Assembly (NCBI GenBank): GCA_039818205.1
Contig: JBCBUK010000009.1
Coordinates: 32,001 to 96,000 of the forward strand
Reading direction: 5' to 3'
Origin: Verrucomicrobiota bacterium
GTDB lineage: Bacteria > Verrucomicrobiota > Verrucomicrobiia > Opitutales > Cerasicoccaceae
Length of the DNA stretch: 64,000 bases
This document shows, one piece after another, positions 22,553 to 32,437 of this stretch (the stretch's first letter is position 1; each line of letters opens with the position of its first letter). The position numbers were made by a program, and so were the translations under genes. The notes under the pieces were generated by a model that was not told the origin of the DNA, did no database searches, and saw only the letters and a list, made by a program, of their open reading frames with translations.

Positions 22553-23342
22553 GGTCGAGGTGTTGGTCGAGGCCCAGCTCTGCTCGAATGCGTTTGCTTT
22601 CGATGGCTTGCGCTAGCTTCTGCTTGTTCAAATCGTAGCGATCCCGGGAAAGTTCGCCGTGGTTCAAATGGGCCAGCTGGCAGCGGCCGTAGACGAATTT
22701 CCGGGTGCGACCCAGGTGGTATAGGCGGGCCGCCAAATCGGAATCTTCTGCTCCCCAGCCCTCGAAGCTTTCGTCGTAGCCGTTTACGGCGATCAGGTCG
22801 TCCCGCCAGATTCCAAGATTACAGCCCAAGATACCGGTGAGTTCCTGGTTGCGCTTTATGACCGGCCGCGGCCATCGAATGGCTTTGAACGCACCGGAAA
22901 TTTTCCCAGAGAAAAACAAGGATTTCAGAGATGATTTGCCAGCAATCAGTCCTGGAACCTGAGCTTCTGGGACGAAACAGCGCCGTCCTTGGACAAAGCT
23001 TGGTCGCTCAGCCATGAGCCGGTGGTCGGAGACAAAGCGGCGAAATGGCAGGCAATCGCCGTCGATGAATACCAGGTAGTCAGACTTTGCTTGAGCGATA
23101 GCGAGGTTGAGCACTCGCGAACGCCGATAGCCATCGTCTGCCTGCCAGATGTGATGAACCGGGTAGGTTGAGCGCGATTGCCAGTCTCTCACCAAATCGC
23201 GGGTTTCGTCGGCTGAACCATCGTCTGCGATGAGGAGTTCGTCGGGCTTTTGGTTGCCCTGATTTAGCCACCGCAACACCGCATCGAGTTTCTTCGGTGC
23301 ATTGTAGGTGTTGATCACTAGGGCGAGGCTCGGCTGACTCAT
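22536..23342 (-). CDS. Glycosyltransferase family 2
   Basis: INTYN, IADDGS, FIDGDC, GCNLG, VNGYDESFEGWGAEDSD. Confidence 0.9.
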   Translation of the reverse strand: MSQPSLALVINTYNAPKKLDAVLRWLNQGNQKPDELLIADDGSADETRDLVRDWQSRSTYPVHHIWQADDGYRRSRVLNLAIAQAKSDYLVFIDGDCLPFRRFVSDHRLMAERPSFVQGRRCFVPEAQVPGLIAGKSSLKSLFFSGKISGAFKAIRWPRPVIKRNQELTGILGCNLGIWRDDLIAVNGYDESFEGWGAEDSDLAARLYHLGRTRKFVYGRCQLAHLNHGELSRDRYDLNKQKLAQAIESKRIRAELGLDQHLDRESSK

Positions 23343-24157
23343 GGCTTGCTGGAGCCACCTGGCTTGAAGCGTTCGCGAACCTCGGGGGTGGTTTGATACT
23401 CGTAGAGGCGGCTATGGCGAACGAGTGCGGCAAAGGCCGTCAGCACCGCCGCGTAAAAGCCTGGGAAACCATCGAGAAAGCCTCGTCGAAGGAAATAGGC
23501 ACGAAAGAATCGCCAAGGCGGCCGGAACAGAGCGTGGGAGAGACGCCAGGATTTTCCGGCGTCCAACTGCCGCTGTAAGTAGATGTCGGCAAAATAGTTA
23601 ATCTTCACGATTTGATCGTTGAGCGTCGGGTTCGTGTAGTGGTGAAGGTCGGTGTTTAGGCGCTTGGCGTTGCCCTCAATCTCCATACGATCATGCTCAC
23701 GACTGCCTGCCCAGTGGCCCTTGCCCCGGCGAATGAGGCGCAGGCTGCGGTCCGGATACCAGTCCCCATGCATCATCCACCGCCCGAGAAACCAAACTTT
23801 TCGCGGAAACGACGCCCCATTGTAGGAGGGATCATCATTCTCAATAAAATGACGTAGGTCCGCCGCGAGCTCAGGTGAGAGTTCCTCGTCGCAGTCCAAG
23901 CAGAGGACCCAGGGAAGCGTGGCTTTTTCTAACGCAATGTTCTTCTGATCGCGGTGTCCATGCCAGGTTTCCTCGAAGATCGTTGCGCCGTACTGATCGC
24001 GGGCAATTGTCTCGGTGCCATCGTCACAGTCATTGTAAACCACGATTATCTCCTGAGCCAGGGCTTGGACACTGTCCAAACAGCGGCGAATGCGGTCGGC
24101 CTCATTGTGGGCGATCACGCAAACAGACAACGGCAGACTTCCCTGCGGGCTAGCCAT
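23339..24157 (-). CDS. Glycosyltransferase family 2 (LPS WaaE/KdtX-like)
   Basis: LSVCVIAHNEA, QKNIAL, WVLCLDCDE, HGDWYPD, RGFLDGFPG; start set at ATG 24157. Confidence 0.88.
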   Translation of the reverse strand: MASPQGSLPLSVCVIAHNEADRIRRCLDSVQALAQEIIVVYNDCDDGTETIARDQYGATIFEETWHGHRDQKNIALEKATLPWVLCLDCDEELSPELAADLRHFIENDDPSYNGASFPRKVWFLGRWMMHGDWYPDRSLRLIRRGKGHWAGSREHDRMEIEGNAKRLNTDLHHYTNPTLNDQIVKINYFADIYLQRQLDAGKSWRLSHALFRPPWRFFRAYFLRRGFLDGFPGFYAAVLTAFAALVRHSRLYEYQTTPEVRERFKPGGSSKP

Positions 24158-25175
24158 GAGCGATGTCCTCCAATAACTGATGCGCACTGCGGGCTATCTC
24201 GGCGGGCGTCACTGTGTCAATGCAGCGATTGGGTAGGGCACACTGGTGCAGGTGGCCGGAGCATGGGCAGGCCAATCCTTGATGGCAGACTTGATGCTTG
24301 CCTAAAGGAGCCCAGCGGGAGGACGCCGTCGGCCCAAAAAATCCGATTGTTGGGACGCCCAGGCCAGCGGCTAAGTGAAGTGGCGCTGTATCAGGTGAAA
24401 TAAAGAGCTTGGCCAGCGAGAGCGTGGCAATGAAGTGATCGAGAGTCTCGAATGCGGGGAGGGTCCGCAAATCTGGACGGCGCTCTTGCAATTTCCTGAG
24501 CAAGTCCTGCTCTCGCTCGCTGGGACCTGCTGTAAATGCGAGCTCATAAGGCAAGTCGGATAGGCGGTCCGCCAGGTCCGACCAGTATTCGACGGGCCAT
24601 TCCTTCTTTTCCTGGCTGGTGGATAGGTGCCCGATGATGGTTGGTTTTGAGATCAGTTCGCGCGCCGCGGATAGCGCATCTTCCCGCGGAGAAAGTTCAA
24701 GCCCCAGCGCTTCGCGATCAAAGGGGACGTCCCATGCACTTAGCACGTAGGCGTCACGCACCGATTCATGCCGGGTGGTATCCAGTTCCTCAATCGTCTG
24801 AGTGTAGCAACGGGTTCGTCCCGAGAAACCTTTGGGGGCAATGACACCGAGGCGCTCGCGAGCGCCGATCATTCGTGAGAGCACCGCTCCGCGATCATTG
24901 CCCACAAAATCTACGCTGCGGTCGAATTTCTCAGAACGCAGTTGCCGGACAATGGGTAGGCTGTCGCGGAGGCGAAGCTTGCCGCGGGTGCGCGGTAGCG
25001 CCCAGACGTGGTCCAACCAACCTAAACCGGTGAGCAGGGGAGCCGCTTCGGCTGCCACAAGGGTATGGAGTTCGGCTTGAGGGTAACGTTGGCGAAGCAT
25101 ACGCAGCGCGGGCACCATCAGAGCCACATCGCCGAGAAATTTAAATTTGATTGCCAGGATTTTTTCGCTGCCCAC
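24150..25175 (-). CDS. Glycosyltransferase family 9 (LPS heptosyltransferase-like)
   Basis: KFLGDVALMVP, SPDTAPLHLAAGLGVPTIGFFGPT. Confidence 0.9.
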   Translation of the reverse strand: MGSEKILAIKFKFLGDVALMVPALRMLRQRYPQAELHTLVAAEAAPLLTGLGWLDHVWALPRTRGKLRLRDSLPIVRQLRSEKFDRSVDFVGNDRGAVLSRMIGARERLGVIAPKGFSGRTRCYTQTIEELDTTRHESVRDAYVLSAWDVPFDREALGLELSPREDALSAARELISKPTIIGHLSTSQEKKEWPVEYWSDLADRLSDLPYELAFTAGPSEREQDLLRKLQERRPDLRTLPAFETLDHFIATLSLAKLFISPDTAPLHLAAGLGVPTIGFFGPTASSRWAPLGKHQVCHQGLACPCSGHLHQCALPNRCIDTVTPAEIARSAHQLLEDIAHG

Positions 25176-25240
25176 CGTAAATGCACTAATTCGAACTGCG
25201 GACTTCCGCCCTTAAAACTTTACGCGATAACGATTAAGCC

Positions 25241-26266
25241 ATGACCGAGCAAGGACGAAGCTTTTTTCAGGCGATTCAGACCGCTGAGCGCGTCCTTGTC
25301 CTCGATCTCGGGTTTTTGGGCGACACGATCCACCTGATTCCGGCTCTGCACGAATTGCGATCGGCGTTGCCCAACGCCACGATTGACGTCATGGCTGCCG
25401 ATCACGTGAAAGTCATCCTGCAGGTCGTACCTGGATTGGGGGAAATTCTCGGTTACCCGCGGTTTCCAAAAGGTCCACGGTGGTATCAAGATTTTGGGCG
25501 AGTTTCAGCCCTGCGCAAGCGACGGTACGATGCGGTCATCAATCTTAACGGATCAGACCGCTCTAGTATTCTGACCAGGGCAACTGGAGCCCGTTTTCGC
25601 TTGGGTCGTGTGCCGCCAAAGCCGGCGCTGTTTTGGCCCTACTGCTTCTCTCACACGGTCGACGTCCAACATGGCGGTCGCCCGGTTTTCCAACAGCGTT
25701 GGGAATGCCTTGAACAAGCAGGCTTCCCGGTTTCGGCAGAACCGTATTTTAACGTGGCAGTCCCAGCGGACATCGATGCTTCCGTCGCGGAAAAACTGTC
25801 AGGCGAACGCGGCTATATCCATGTGAGCCCGTGCACGACTCAGGACCATAAAGAGCTTCCGATGGGCGAGCTGATTTCATTGGTCGACCGCCTGATCGAG
25901 GCCGATGGCGGGCAAAAAGTTGTTCTTTCCTGCGCGCCCAATGATCGCGAGCGCGAGAAAATGCTGACGCTATTGGGGGGCTTGAAGAACGAAGCGTGGC
26001 GCGTGTTTTCGGGCGATTTGAGCCTTCTGGAACTCGCCGCGGTGATGGGGCGGGCAACGGTCCATTTTGGAGGTGACTCCGGTGCATTGCACTTGGCCCT
26101 CATGATGAATGCGCCCACGGTTTCTTGGTTTCGCGACTACGGCGGGAAAAGTGAGTGGCTGCCTCAAGGGCCGGAACATGCCACTATCTTGGGGGTTGAG
26201 TCGCCGAATGGATTAAAGGGGATATCGGCGGAGGGTTTGATCGCGGCGTGGCAGAGGACCTCCTAA
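25241..26266 (+). CDS. Glycosyltransferase family 9
   Basis: LGFLGDTIHLIPAL, GGDSGALHLA. Confidence 0.88.
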   Translation: MTEQGRSFFQAIQTAERVLVLDLGFLGDTIHLIPALHELRSALPNATIDVMAADHVKVILQVVPGLGEILGYPRFPKGPRWYQDFGRVSALRKRRYDAVINLNGSDRSSILTRATGARFRLGRVPPKPALFWPYCFSHTVDVQHGGRPVFQQRWECLEQAGFPVSAEPYFNVAVPADIDASVAEKLSGERGYIHVSPCTTQDHKELPMGELISLVDRLIEADGGQKVVLSCAPNDREREKMLTLLGGLKNEAWRVFSGDLSLLELAAVMGRATVHFGGDSGALHLALMMNAPTVSWFRDYGGKSEWLPQGPEHATILGVESPNGLKGISAEGLIAAWQRTS

Positions 26267-26272
26267 CGCAGG

Positions 26273-26301
26273 AGTGCCAGCCCCTAAGGACTGGCACTTT
26301 T
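26273..26301 (+). terminator. Probable intrinsic terminator
   Basis: AGTGCCAG-CCCCTAAGGA-CTGGCACT-TTT just after the GT9 stop. Confidence 0.6.
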
Positions 26302-26339
26302 CCTACTGTTACTTTACTCTGCTCTAACTAACTTACTGC

Positions 26340-26882
26340 TCAAGAATTTTGATCTGCTTCAGAAATTTCTTTTAGGGCTCCGATGTATTCTTCGGTTGGT
26401 GCTCCGGTATACATCATCTTGGCCAACGGAGTTCCATCTTTTCCGAGAACGACCATTGTTGGGAAGCCTTCGACTTGAAAGATCGAGTGGAGGGCCTTGT
26501 TTTGTCTTTGGAGAACATCGGTTTGTGGCTTGAAACGCGGGAAGTCTACATAGACTTGGACCAGGTTTTCATCGGCATAGGCCTTAAAGTCATCGGAATC
26601 CAAGACTCGACGCTGGAGCATCGTGCATGGTGGGCACCAATCAGATCCGGTAAATTTTACCAACACCTGTTTGTTTTCGGTCTTGGCCTGCTCAATCGCT
26701 GCATTGATGTCAGTTATCCATCCGTCTGGGACATTTGGCTGAGGAGCCGTCGAAACGGTGGAGGTGGCTCCAGTGCCTTGCCCAACTTCAAAGTCAAATG
26801 GGAGGGCGCAGGTTCGAGTTCCACCGAAATAAGCGGCTGCGCCAAGCGCAAGAGCGGAAAATACAATCAGAGAGTGTTTCAT
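26340..26882 (-). CDS. Exported thioredoxin-family protein
   Basis: Signal peptide; FTGSDWCPPC, VDFPR, VEGFPT. Confidence 0.9.
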   Translation of the reverse strand: MKHSLIVFSALALGAAAYFGGTRTCALPFDFEVGQGTGATSTVSTAPQPNVPDGWITDINAAIEQAKTENKQVLVKFTGSDWCPPCTMLQRRVLDSDDFKAYADENLVQVYVDFPRFKPQTDVLQRQNKALHSIFQVEGFPTMVVLGKDGTPLAKMMYTGAPTEEYIGALKEISEADQNS

Positions 26883-26907
26883 TTTAGTTCCTTTATAAGT
26901 ATGACTA

Positions 26908-26935
26908 TTTGACGCATAATCTATTCCAACATTTC
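26908..26935 (-). promoter_or_regulatory. Putative ECF-sigma promoter of the thioredoxin gene
   Basis: Minus strand GAAATGTT-N13-CGTCAAA. Confidence 0.45.
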
Positions 26936-27027
26936 AAAAAAAATTTGCCGTATGCCAAGAATCAGTGTAAATTTAGATATAGAAAATTCTTTACTCGTTG
27001 GAAAATAACAGGTTGTAAAATACGCCA

Positions 27028-28665
27028 TTGAAGACATTTGACGTAATCGTGGTTGGATCGGGAATCGCCGGTCTCAGCTTTGCATTGGGAATGGGCCGCT
27101 TGGGCTACCGAGTTGCGATCATCACCAAGAAGGATCGTGCCGAGTCCAACACCAACTATGCCCAAGGGGGCATTGCCAGTGTCACCTCGCAGAAGGACGA
27201 TTTTGAGCTTCATGTCAAAGACACTATAACTGCAGGTGACGGACTTTGCAACGAGGACGTCGTCCGCGAGATCATTAGCGCTGGTCCTGATCGGATTAAC
27301 GAGCTGATTGAGCTTGGTGTCGCGTTCACCCATCTGGGCGATGGGCGTGTGTCCTTGCACAAAGAAGGCGGACACAGCAAGCGCCGGATTCTACATGTTA
27401 AAGATCTCACCGGTGCAGCGATCGAGGCGGCAATGCTCGATGCGGTTGCGGCCTGTAAGACGATTGAGGTCTTTGAGCATTACATGGCCATCGACTTAAT
27501 TACGTTTGAAAAGCTCAGGCGAAAGGGGATGTCGCTTGGACCGATGCAGAATCAAGTGGTTGGATTGTATGCGCTCGATTCGTTGAACGGAAAGGTTGAA
27601 GCCTTTTCTTCCCGTGTTGTCATGATGGCCACGGGTGGAGTCGGGCAGGTATACCAGTATTCGACGAATCCGACAATAGCGACGGGAGATGGCATTGCGA
27701 TGGCTTTCCGAGCAGGTGCCGAAGTCCGCAACATGGAGTTTATCCAGTTTCATCCGACCTCGCTGTTCACCTATACCAATGAGCGCTTCCTGATCTCGGA
27801 AGCGGTGCGTGGCGAAGGGGCTATCCTTAGAAATCTCAAACGACAGCCCTTCATGGAACGCTACGATGATCGCAAGGAGCTTGCGCCACGGGATATTGTG
27901 GCTCGTGCGATTGATAGCGAGATGAAGAAAAGCGGTGCCCAGCACCTGTGGCTCGATATCACCGAGCAATCGGAGGCAAGCGTGCGGGATCGTTTCCCGA
28001 ATATTTTTGAGGCGCTGCAGAAGCAGGGAGTGAATATGGCGAATGACCCGATTCCCGTGGTTCCGGCGTGTCATTACCTTTGCGGCGGGGTAACAACCGA
28101 CCTTGCGGCCCAAACGAGTCTCCCAGGGTTGCTGGCTTGCGGTGAGGTTGCTTGCACTGGGCTTCACGGCGCTAATCGTCTTGCGAGCAACTCGCTACTC
28201 GAGGCCTGTGTGCTAGCGCGGGCGGGCGTCGATACAGCAACGCGAATCCTTCAGCAGACGCCGGTGAGTTGCCCCTCGCTACCCGATTGGGTCGATGGCG
28301 ATATGCGCGACCCGGATGAACGGGTGGTCCTTTCGCACAACCTCGATGAGTTGAAGCGGACGATGTGGGACTATGTGGGTATTGTTCGAACCACCAAGCG
28401 GCTACGCCGAGCGAAAACACGGGTGAACAATCTCCAGACGGAGATTAATGAATATTACTGGAACTTTAAGGTCGAACCAGACCTCCTTGAGCTGCGCAAT
28501 CTGATCCAAGTCGCCGAACTAATTATCGACTGTGCGCTGCAGCGCCGAGAGTCGCGCGGGCTGCACTTCACGTTAGATTTTCCCGATCAGCTAGCCGAGC
28601 CGGAGGATAGCATCGTGAATCATCATGCAAGTATGCATGATCATCGAATTCACGCGCAACTTTAG
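27028..28665 (+). CDS. nadB: L-aspartate oxidase
   Basis: GSGIAGL, SNTNYAQGGI, EGGHSKRRILH, QFHPT, ISEAVRGEG, GLHGANRLASNSLLE, RESRGLH. Confidence 0.95.
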   Translation: MKTFDVIVVGSGIAGLSFALGMGRLGYRVAIITKKDRAESNTNYAQGGIASVTSQKDDFELHVKDTITAGDGLCNEDVVREIISAGPDRINELIELGVAFTHLGDGRVSLHKEGGHSKRRILHVKDLTGAAIEAAMLDAVAACKTIEVFEHYMAIDLITFEKLRRKGMSLGPMQNQVVGLYALDSLNGKVEAFSSRVVMMATGGVGQVYQYSTNPTIATGDGIAMAFRAGAEVRNMEFIQFHPTSLFTYTNERFLISEAVRGEGAILRNLKRQPFMERYDDRKELAPRDIVARAIDSEMKKSGAQHLWLDITEQSEASVRDRFPNIFEALQKQGVNMANDPIPVVPACHYLCGGVTTDLAAQTSLPGLLACGEVACTGLHGANRLASNSLLEACVLARAGVDTATRILQQTPVSCPSLPDWVDGDMRDPDERVVLSHNLDELKRTMWDYVGIVRTTKRLRRAKTRVNNLQTEINEYYWNFKVEPDLLELRNLIQVAELIIDCALQRRESRGLHFTLDFPDQLAEPEDSIVNHHASMHDHRIHAQL

Positions 28666-28689
28666 TGTAAAAAAGCCGTTAATAAGTAT

Positions 28690-29655
28690 GTGACTCATTT
28701 ATTGAAGCCGACGCTTGCCGCCCTGATCTGCTCTAAGCTCCTGCTAGTAAGCGTCTTTGCTCACCCCAGTCACGAGGCGCATTCAACTCGTTTCAACGTC
28801 AAATCGACCGGCTCATCCGGGAATAATTTTCAGAACCAAGTCTCTATCGAAGCTGATCACGGTTTCCGGACCTTGCGGAGTAATGCGATCCCATCGCATT
28901 CGTTTGGGAACTTTCCGAATCGTGGAAACCCGAATTCGATGAGCCCGCAGAACTTTGAATTGAGGATGTCATTGAATCCTCAGATCGCCAACCAACCGAC
29001 GGCTGCGGACGCCTATTTATTTGGAATTGCGGTGAATGGGGTGCCGTTTGAGCCCGGTACAGCCGAAACTTGGGAGGGAAACCATGATTGGCGAGAAGAG
29101 GCTAAGACGGCGGACGGAAAGAAGCGTCTAGGCCTCGACGAGAACAATGCCCATGTCCAGCCAACGGGTTTGTATCACTACCACGGCATACCTTGGGGGC
29201 TGATTGCGGAGCTACGTAAGGACAACCCTCGGGCGGGGATTGACGAGCCACTCCTTGTTGGCTGGGCGGCCGATGGTTTCGCTATTTACTACCTGGAGGG
29301 TCTTCGATCGAGTTGGCGCCTGAAAACGGGTAAGCGTCCGGGTAGCCCACGGGGGCCCGGCGGTAGTTACGATGGGCTCTACACCGCAGACTATGAGTAC
29401 CTCGCCAAATCTGGTGATCTCGACTATTACAACGGCCGATTCGACGCCACGGCAGAGAATCCCGAAGGAGAATATCGGTATTACCTGACGGATGACTTTC
29501 CCTTCCTTTCTCGATACTTCGTTGGGTTCCCCGACGAGAGCTTCAGCAAACATCGGGGAGGCTCAGGCGGGCATCCTGGGCATATGCCTCCTCCTCCACA
29601 TGGGTCTAGTGGCCATTCGTTCTCGCGCCACGGACCGCCACCTCATCGATTTTAG
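28690..29655 (+). CDS. Secreted YHYH-domain protein
   Basis: Signal peptide; GIAVNGVPF, NAHVQPTGLYHYHG, GWAADGF, GDLD; His/Pro/Gly-rich tail. Confidence 0.88.
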   Translation: MTHLLKPTLAALICSKLLLVSVFAHPSHEAHSTRFNVKSTGSSGNNFQNQVSIEADHGFRTLRSNAIPSHSFGNFPNRGNPNSMSPQNFELRMSLNPQIANQPTAADAYLFGIAVNGVPFEPGTAETWEGNHDWREEAKTADGKKRLGLDENNAHVQPTGLYHYHGIPWGLIAELRKDNPRAGIDEPLLVGWAADGFAIYYLEGLRSSWRLKTGKRPGSPRGPGGSYDGLYTADYEYLAKSGDLDYYNGRFDATAENPEGEYRYYLTDDFPFLSRYFVGFPDESFSKHRGGSGGHPGHMPPPPHGSSGHSFSRHGPPPHRF

Positions 29656-29712
29656 CCAAAAGCGTTAAATTTGACTGGCCACTGGCCAATCGGTTGCTGA
29701 ATTTATCCGGCT

Positions 29713-30165
29713 ATGGCTAAAGTTGAAGTTGATTTGGTAAAGATGGTGATGACCCGCAATGGTCTGGATGTGCGCACCGTTGCGCAAGTGATCGAGGACA
29801 TCAACACCGAGATGAAGGCTCAAACCGACGACGAAGATAAGCCGCCACCCGTCAAGAAGCAGTTTGTCATGATGGTTTCTGACCCAGAGGAAGTCCTCCA
29901 AGGCAAGATTATGACTGGCTGGGTGCTCCAGATCCCCGAGGAGGACAGCCCGCACGTGGCTGAGGAGCGCGTGTTTCGACTGGGCTACGAATACAACATG
30001 ACCAAGAAGGGGCGGCGTATCCCGGTCAAAACAGTGGCCGAAGCCTGTGAAAACGTTCCGGCTCGCATTCAGAAAGAGCAGAAGGTGTGGGTAAAAACCA
30101 AGGAGCCAGTCTACATTTTACCGACCAAGAATAAGATTCCAGGTGAAACCAAGGATTCGTTTTAG
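29713..30165 (+). CDS. Hypothetical cytoplasmic protein
   Basis: 150-aa ORF with normal composition filling the gap between genes; no motif recognised. Confidence 0.7.
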   Translation: MAKVEVDLVKMVMTRNGLDVRTVAQVIEDINTEMKAQTDDEDKPPPVKKQFVMMVSDPEEVLQGKIMTGWVLQIPEEDSPHVAEERVFRLGYEYNMTKKGRRIPVKTVAEACENVPARIQKEQKVWVKTKEPVYILPTKNKIPGETKDSF

Positions 30166-30252
30166 GCTGGTTTGAAAGGATTTCGCGGGCTGCTTGACCC
30201 CGTTTGGAGAACATGGAAGAATGGTGGTTCATTTAAAACCAATCCTTCTACC

Positions 30253-30498
30253 ATGAATTCCAAAGCAGTTTTTCTTCTTAGTGCTCTTCTATTGATCGTT
30301 GGCCTCGCTGTGGGCTCTAGCTTAGCAAATGCCAACCAGATCGGAGTGCAGCGAGTTAAATGGGATTACACGATCACAAGCACGCCCTTCAGCCTACAGG
30401 CCCTTGGCGATGATGGCTGGGAATTGGTCGCCGTCTCCCGAGAGCCCAATCGTCAGGGTAGCGTTGAAACGCGGTACTACTTCAAGCGGCCTAAATAA
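30253..30498 (+). CDS. Small exported protein, DUF4177-like
   Basis: Signal MNSKAVFLLSALLLIVGLAVG; KWDY...LGDDGWELVAV...YYFKRP. Confidence 0.75.
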   Translation: MNSKAVFLLSALLLIVGLAVGSSLANANQIGVQRVKWDYTITSTPFSLQALGDDGWELVAVSREPNRQGSVETRYYFKRPK

Positions 30499-30506
30499 CC
30501 GCTAGC

Positions 30507-30872
30507 CTAGCCGCGAATCGTCACATCCCGGATTGCACCGCAATCGGGTAGGGCGCGAACGCGCTTGAGGATTTGCCGCTCCGCGAACAGCAGCTCCTGC
30601 TTGATAACGGAGTTTGCAGCGAGAATTACTAGTTGCTTGCCGTTCACGATCTTCATGGGACGTGCACGGTGAGCAGTCTCTTCGCCGACGATGTCTTTCC
30701 AGTTCTTGACGATGATCTCCTCGGCGGTGGGTTTACCGATTTTGTAGCGCTCCAGGATCACCTCGACTACGGAGTCGATTGGCTTCGCTTCGCGAGCGCG
30801 CGAGCGCCCTCTGTCCTCGGGCACTCCCCGAAGATTTGCGATCAGATTGTTGACTTCCCGGCTGAAGTGCAT
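30507..30872 (-). CDS. dciA: DciA/DUF721 family protein (helicase-loading partner)
   Basis: [35 protein letters not shown]. Confidence 0.7.
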   Translation of the reverse strand: MHFSREVNNLIANLRGVPEDRGRSRAREAKPIDSVVEVILERYKIGKPTAEEIIVKNWKDIVGEETAHRARPMKIVNGKQLVILAANSVIKQELLFAERQILKRVRALPDCGAIRDVTIRG

Positions 30873-30887
30873 CGTCGTGTGTCGCTC

Positions 30888-31733
30888 ATGCAAAGCGTAA
30901 TGGACATCCTGCGCAAGACGACCGGCTATTTCGAGCAGAAAGGTGTTCCCGAAGCTCGATTAAACGCCGAGCGTTTGATTGCGCACGTTTTGGGCTGCTC
31001 AAGATTGGAGCTCTATCTCCAGTTCGAGCGTCCGTTGACGAATCTCCAACTCGATCAATTGCGGCCCTTGGTGTCCCGTCGTGGGCGGCGGGAGCCGCTG
31101 CAATATATTTTAGGCGATACCGAGTTCTACGGCATGACACTCAAATGCGACCGGCGGGCGTTGATTCCGCGACCAGAAACGGAAGAACTCGTCGAGGCAT
31201 TAGCGGAAAATTTTAAGTCGAGTCCACCCGGGAACGCCTTGGATTTGGGCACCGGAACCGGCGCATTGGCGCTGGCCTTGGCAAGGGTTTGGCCCGAGGC
31301 AGCAGTTACCGCGGCCGATTTGAGCAAAGACGCCTTGGCCTTGGCTGCTGAGAATGCGGCGCTGAACGAGCTGACCGAGCGAGTAAACCTCGTTACCTCC
31401 GATTGGTTTGAGGCAATCGACCCGCAGCGTTTTGATTTAATTGTGTCGAACCCGCCCTATTTGACTCGGGAAGAGATGGGGACGGCAGAGCCTGAGGTGG
31501 TTCAGTTTGAGCCGGAGAGCGCCCTGGTGTCGGGTAACGATGGCCTGGATGATCTCCGCAAGATCATTGCGGATTCAATCAACTACCTCAACGAGGGAGC
31601 CTTGCTGGCGATGGAAACCGGGATTGCTCAGCACGAAGTCTTGGCTGATCTAGTAACGTCCGCAGGATTTAAGCGCGGGGAGTCGCGCAATGACTTGAGT
31701 GAGCGTCCACGCTTCTTCTGGGCTTGGGCCTAG
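30888..31733 (+). CDS. prmC: Release factor glutamine methyltransferase
   Basis: [35 protein letters not shown]; start set at ATG 30888. Confidence 0.93.
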   Translation: MQSVMDILRKTTGYFEQKGVPEARLNAERLIAHVLGCSRLELYLQFERPLTNLQLDQLRPLVSRRGRREPLQYILGDTEFYGMTLKCDRRALIPRPETEELVEALAENFKSSPPGNALDLGTGTGALALALARVWPEAAVTAADLSKDALALAAENAALNELTERVNLVTSDWFEAIDPQRFDLIVSNPPYLTREEMGTAEPEVVQFEPESALVSGNDGLDDLRKIIADSINYLNEGALLAMETGIAQHEVLADLVTSAGFKRGESRNDLSERPRFFWAWA

Positions 31734-32329
31734 TCCTCAGTGCCAAAGAAGTTCTTCTCCAGGCATTGCCGCAGGGCAAGGCGGGCGCGGTGGAGGATGG
31801 TCCAAAGGTTCTGTGGTGTAATCTCGAGTTGCTCGCAGATTTCGGCGCTGGTTACGCCATCGACCTCGCGCATGATAAAGACGGTGCGAATCTTTTCCGG
31901 TAGCTTTTCGGAGCAGAGATAAAATTGCTGCATGAATTCTTTGCGGTCCATCTTTTCGACCTGAGCCGGGCTCCAGTCCGAAGGTATATTCGGGTTATCG
32001 AAATTCCAGCTGCCGTCATCGCTGAAGAGGTCGCCTTCTTCCCGCTCAAAGAAATTCGCGGTTTCCTGCATCGACTGGGTCCGATTCTTCTTCCGGTAGT
32101 AATCGATCACCTTGTTCTTGAGAATGCCGGTCAGCCACGTCTTCACGCTCGCCTTGCCGGTGAATCGATCTTTGCCTTTGATCGCCGCAAGGAAGGTTTC
32201 TTGGACGAGGTCTTCTGCCAACGCCGTGTTGTTCACCCGGAAGTAGGCAAACTTGTAGAGCGAATCGCCATATTCGTCGACCCACGTCGAAGGGTCGAGA
32301 TTGGACTGTTTGGACATCTCTTCGGACAT
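31730..32329 (-). CDS. ECF sigma-70 factor (Neisseria Ecf/sigmaE-like)
   Basis: [54 protein letters not shown]; start 32329 or 32317. Confidence 0.88.
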   Translation of the reverse strand: MSEEMSKQSNLDPSTWVDEYGDSLYKFAYFRVNNTALAEDLVQETFLAAIKGKDRFTGKASVKTWLTGILKNKVIDYYRKKNRTQSMQETANFFEREEGDLFSDDGSWNFDNPNIPSDWSPAQVEKMDRKEFMQQFYLCSEKLPEKIRTVFIMREVDGVTSAEICEQLEITPQNLWTILHRARLALRQCLEKNFFGTED

Positions 32330-32437
32330 TGAGCAGCTAGGTAGTCGTTGTAGGCGAATAATTTCATTCACAATTTATCGGCGGGTCAAGCGAGATAAGC
32401 TGTTGTCAACGCGGGTTTAACAAATAGCGTATTATTC

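Noticed and set aside
30633..30887. ORF-track extension of prmC
   Set aside because: Antisense to dciA; PrmC-like sequence starts at 30888
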